Of a stretch of DNA of 64,000 nucleotides, positions 58,103 to 64,000 are shown in pieces (position 1 is the first letter of the stretch; each line of letters opens with the position of its first letter). A program made the position numbers and the translations under genes. This DNA comes from the human T2T-CHM13v2.0 reference genome, Homo sapiens. The notes below the pieces were generated by a model, which made no database searches, was not told the DNA's origin, and worked only from the letters and a program-made list of their open reading frames with translations. Where the stretch lies: the NCBI RefSeq assembly GCF_009914755.1, contig NC_060948.1; one strand, given 5' to 3'.

Positions 58103-60207
58103 AGATCCATATTTTTTAAATGAAAAAAAATTTCAAAGGTACTCTGCTTGGTACAATAATCAAATGTATAAACTGAGGAATAAAACATAACCATGAAACC
58201 TACTTATAACTGCATATGGAAAATACAGAGGATAATTTTTTAAATAACATATTTTGAAAGCCTTAACTAGTAATTTGAAGAGTTGGCATTTGAAAGGCCA
58301 GTATGAATATACCTTCAAAGCAGCAACACAGGTTCCCCATGAGAAAAAGCAAACACAGGGAAAATAAAAACACAAAGGTTCAATCTCTTCTGACCTTTGA
58401 AAGACACAGCACAGACAGTGGTCCTTAGGACGAAGAGCAGGAGACCCCTAATTCCGTCACCATGGCGATAGGGCATAAACATTGCTGGGTGAGGGCACAA
58501 TCCACATTGTGAGGTCCAACTGCTGCCAGGAAGACAGGAGTGCTTTTACATAGACCGAAAGGTCATTGAAGGCTCAGAGTTTTGTTTCAAGAACTGAATC
58601 CCAAGCCCACACGTTATTAGGCTGCGCTTCTTAAAACAAGTTATGAGATGGGAAAAAGGGCACCCACAAACATACGTATACATTATGTATATAATAATAT
58701 ACAGTATCATATATATAATATATATAACCTATGTATAATATTGTTTTACATCCTGCATCTTATGTTATATATATTGTATAAAATATAATAATTGATAATA
58801 TATAAGTTTTATAATTATACAATATGACATATAGTATATATTATAATTTATGACATATATAATATATGATATATGTCATATATAGAATATATTATACGGT
58901 TAATATACGTATTAAATATAAATTATACATTCTATATATTATATATAATATATCTGTTATATATAATACCCATTATGCATAATATATATATTATGTCTAT
59001 GTTATATATAGTATAAAACAACATATAATAATATATAATTGTATATATAAAATGCGACATATAATATATATTATATTTTATAACATATGAAATATATATT
59101 ATATATTATATATAATACGTTGTATGTATAATACCTATATTAAATATATATTATATGACTATGTTATTAATTACATGTCACATGTGTTATATATTATATA
59201 TTTTACATAGAATATACCGGTTACATAAAATATATACTATGTTACCTATAATGTATAATTTATTACATGTAAAATAAAGAATGCAATATATTATGTATAA
59301 TTTATAATATACCATATGTGGAATGTCATATATATAACATATAATATATGATATATGATATACAGTATATGATATATAACATACAATATATGATTCCTAA
59401 TACATATGGGATACAATATATATTTTATGATATGTATTCTATATGTTTTATATTCTGTTATATATAACTATTTGAAATTATATATAACTGTATAATATTT
59501 TATGTAAATATGTAATATAATATATATAACTATATAATATATTATATATAACTATATATTATGTTATATATACTTTTATAACATAATTTACATAAAATAT
59601 CATACTATAATATATATTATATTATTTCATATTACATAATATATATTACATATCACCCAATATAACTAACATACATAATATTATAATATAGATTATAATA
59701 TGTTATATTAAATATCATATATATCATGTATCATATATTCTATAATATATATTACACATTATATAATATGTATGTTGTCTATTATGTGATATATATAACT
59801 CTATATATAATTATATTTTTATACATATAACTAGATAAACATGTAATTCTACATATTTTCATTTATAATATGTAGAAGTATATAATCATATATAATTATT
59901 TATATTCTATAAAAAATTTTATCATTATATAAATTATAATATATAAAAATTATAATATGTACTACAAATATATATATTATATATCATATATGATATAGTA
60001 CCTTTGTTATATATCATAATACATATAAATGTGTATTATGTTATCTATAATTATATAATTTCATATATAAGATGTATAATATGTATCATATATTATATAT
60101 GTTATGTAATATATGTAGTATATATAAGATGACACAGGATAAATATTATATACTATGACATATAAAATATATGAGGTTATATGTTACATATAAGGCATAG
60201 CACATAA

Positions 60208-60522
<315 letters not shown>

Positions 60523-62616
60523 AGATCCATATTTTTTAAATGAAAAAAAATTTCAAAGGTACTCTGCTTGGTACAATAATCAAATGTATAAACTGAGGAA
60601 TAAAACATAACCATGAAACCTACTTATAACTGCATATGGAAAATACAGAGGATAATTTTTTAAATAACATATTTTGAAAGCCTTAACTAGTAATTTGAAG
60701 AGTTGGCATTTGAAAGGCCAGTATGAATATACCTTCAAAGCAGCAACACAGGTTCCCCATGAGAAAAAGCAAACACAGGGAAAATAAAAACACAAAGGTT
60801 CAATCTCTTCTGACCTTTGAAAGACACAGCACAGACAGTGGTCCTTAGGACGAAGAGCAGGAGACCCCTAATTCCGTCACCATGGCGATAGGGCATAAAC
60901 ATTGCTGGGTGAGGGCACAATCCACATTGTGAGGTCCAACTGCTGCCAGGAAGACAGGAGTGCTTTTACATAGACCGAAAGGTCATTGAAGGCTCAGAGT
61001 TTTGTTTCAAGAACTGAATCCCAAGCCCACACGTTATTAGGCTGCGCTTCTTAAAACAAGTTATGAGATGGGAAAAAGGGCACCCACAAACATACGTATA
61101 CATTATGTATATAATAATATACAGTATCATATATATAATATATATAACCTATGTATAATATTGTTTTACATCCTGCATCTTATGTTATATATATTATATA
61201 AAATATAATAATTGATAATATATAAGTTTTATAATTATACAATATGACATATAGTATATATTATAATTTATGACATATATAATATATGTTATATATCATA
61301 TATAGAATATATTATACGGTTAATATACGTATTAAATATAAATTATACATTATATATATTATATATAATATATCTGTTATATATAATAACCATTATGCAT
61401 AATATATATATTATGTCTATGTTATATATAGTATAAAACAACATATAATAATATATAATTGTATATATAAAATGCGACATATAATATATATTATATTTTA
61501 TAACATATGTAATATATATTATATATAATACGTTGTATGTATAATACCTATATTAAATATATATTATATGACTATGTTATTAATTACATGTCACATGTGT
61601 TATATATTATATATTTTACGTAGAATATACCGGTTACATACAATATATACTATGTTACCTATAATGTATAATTTATTACAGGTAAAATAAAGAATGCAAT
61701 ATATTATGTATAATTTATAATATACAATATGTGGAATGTGATATATGTAACATATAATATATGATATATGATATACAGTATATGATATATAACATACAAT
61801 ATATGATTCCTAATATATATGGTATACAATATATATTTTATGATATGTATTCTATATGTTTTATATTCTGTTATATATAACTATTTGAAATTATATATAA
61901 CTGTATAATATTTTATGTAAATATGTAATATAATATATATAACTATATAATATATTATATATAACTATATATTATGTTATATATACTTTTATAACATAAT
62001 TTACATAAAATATCATAATATAATATATATTATATTATTTCATATTACATAATATATATTACATATCACCCAATATAACTAACATACATAATATTATACT
62101 ATAGATTATATTACGTTATATTAAATATCATATATATCATGTATCATATATTCTATAATATATATTACACATTATATAATATGTATGTTGTCTATTATGT
62201 GATATATAACTATATATATAATTATATTTTTATACATATAACTAGATAAACATGCAATTTTACATATTTTCATTTATAATATGTAGAATTATATAATCAT
62301 ATATAATTATTTATATTCTATAAAAAATTTTATCATTATATAAATTATAATATATAAAAATTATAATATGTACTACAAATATATATATTATATATCATAT
62401 ATGATATAGTACCTTTGTTATATATCATAATACATATAAATGTGTATTATGTTATCTATAATTATATAATTTCATATATAAGATGTATAATATGTATCAT
62501 ATATTATATATGTTATGTAATATATAGTATATATAAGATGACACAGGATAAATATTAAATACTATGACATATAAAATATATGAGGTTATATGTTACATAT
62601 AAGGCATAGCACATAA

Positions 62617-62931
<315 letters not shown>

Positions 62932-64000
62932 AGATCCATATTTTTTAAATGAAAAAAAATTTCAAAGGTACTCTGCTTGGTACAATAATCAAATGTATAA
63001 ACTGAGGAATAAAACATAACCATGAAACCTACTTATAACTGCATATGGAAAATACAGAGGATAATTTTTTAAATAACATATTTTGAAAGCCTTAACTAGT
63101 AATTTGAAGAGTTGGCATTTGAAAGGCCAGTATGAATATACCTTCAAAGCAGCAACACAGGTTCCCCATGAGAAAAAGCAAACACAGGGAAAATAAAAAC
63201 ACAAAGGTTCAATCTCTTCTGACCTTTGAAAGACACAGCACAGACAGTGGTCCTTAGGACGAAGAGCAGGAGACCCCTAATTCCGTCACCATGGCGATAG
63301 GGCATAAACATTGCTGGGTGAGGGCACAATCCACATTGTGAGGTCCAACTGCTGCCAGGAAGACAGGAGTGCTTTTACATAGACCGAAAGGTCATTGAAG
63401 GCTCAGAGTTTTGTTTCAAGAACTGAATCCCAAGCCCACACGTTATTAGGCTGCGCTTCTTAAAACAAGTTATGAGATGGGAAAAAGGGCACCCACAAAC
63501 ATACGTATACATTATGTATATAATAATATACAGTATCATATATATAATATATATAACCTATGTATAATATTGTTTTACATCCTGCATCTTATGTTATATA
63601 TATTGTATAAAATATAATAATTGATAATATATAAGTTTTATAATTATACAATATGACATATAGTATATATTATAATTTATGACATATATAATATATGTTA
63701 TATGTCATATATAGAATATATTATACGGTTAATATACGTATTAAATATAAAGTATACATTCTATATATTGTATATAATATATCTGTTATATATAATAGCC
63801 ATTATGCATAATATATATATTATGTCTATGTTATATATAGTATAAAACAACATATAATAATATATAATTGTATATATAAAATGCGACATATAATATATAT
63901 TATATTTTATAACATATGAAATATATATTATATATTATATATAATACGTTGTATGTATAATACCTATATTAAATATATATTATATGACTATGTTAGTAAT

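Overview
The whole window is one uninterrupted, head-to-tail tandem array of a ~2.42 kb unit: 26 full periods of 2409-2422 bp (15 exactly 2420 bp) plus a partial 27th, all in one orientation. Taking position 1 as the phase, units U1-U27 start at 1, 2423, 4842, 7255, 9672, 12092, 14509, 16927, 19341, 21761, 24181, 26601, 29021, 31441, 33861, 36281, 38700, 41120, 43540, 45960, 48379, 50799, 53219, 55638, 58058, 60478 and 62887. Each unit has three parts: a ~570 bp higher-GC segment (HSATI-like), a ~1.56 kb very AT-rich low-complexity segment, and a ~292 bp degenerate minus-strand Alu. This structure, plus a predicted ~2.15 kb HaeIII fragment, matches the known human satellite DYZ2/HSat1B, most likely from Yq12 heterochromatin. 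I see no credible protein-coding gene, RNA gene or new biological system. The points of interest are evolutionary: a possible Alu target-site scar, a fixed intra-Alu duplication, a divergent sub-family block, nested monomer and dimer duplications, and long-range shared haplotypes. All unit comparisons were done by eye.
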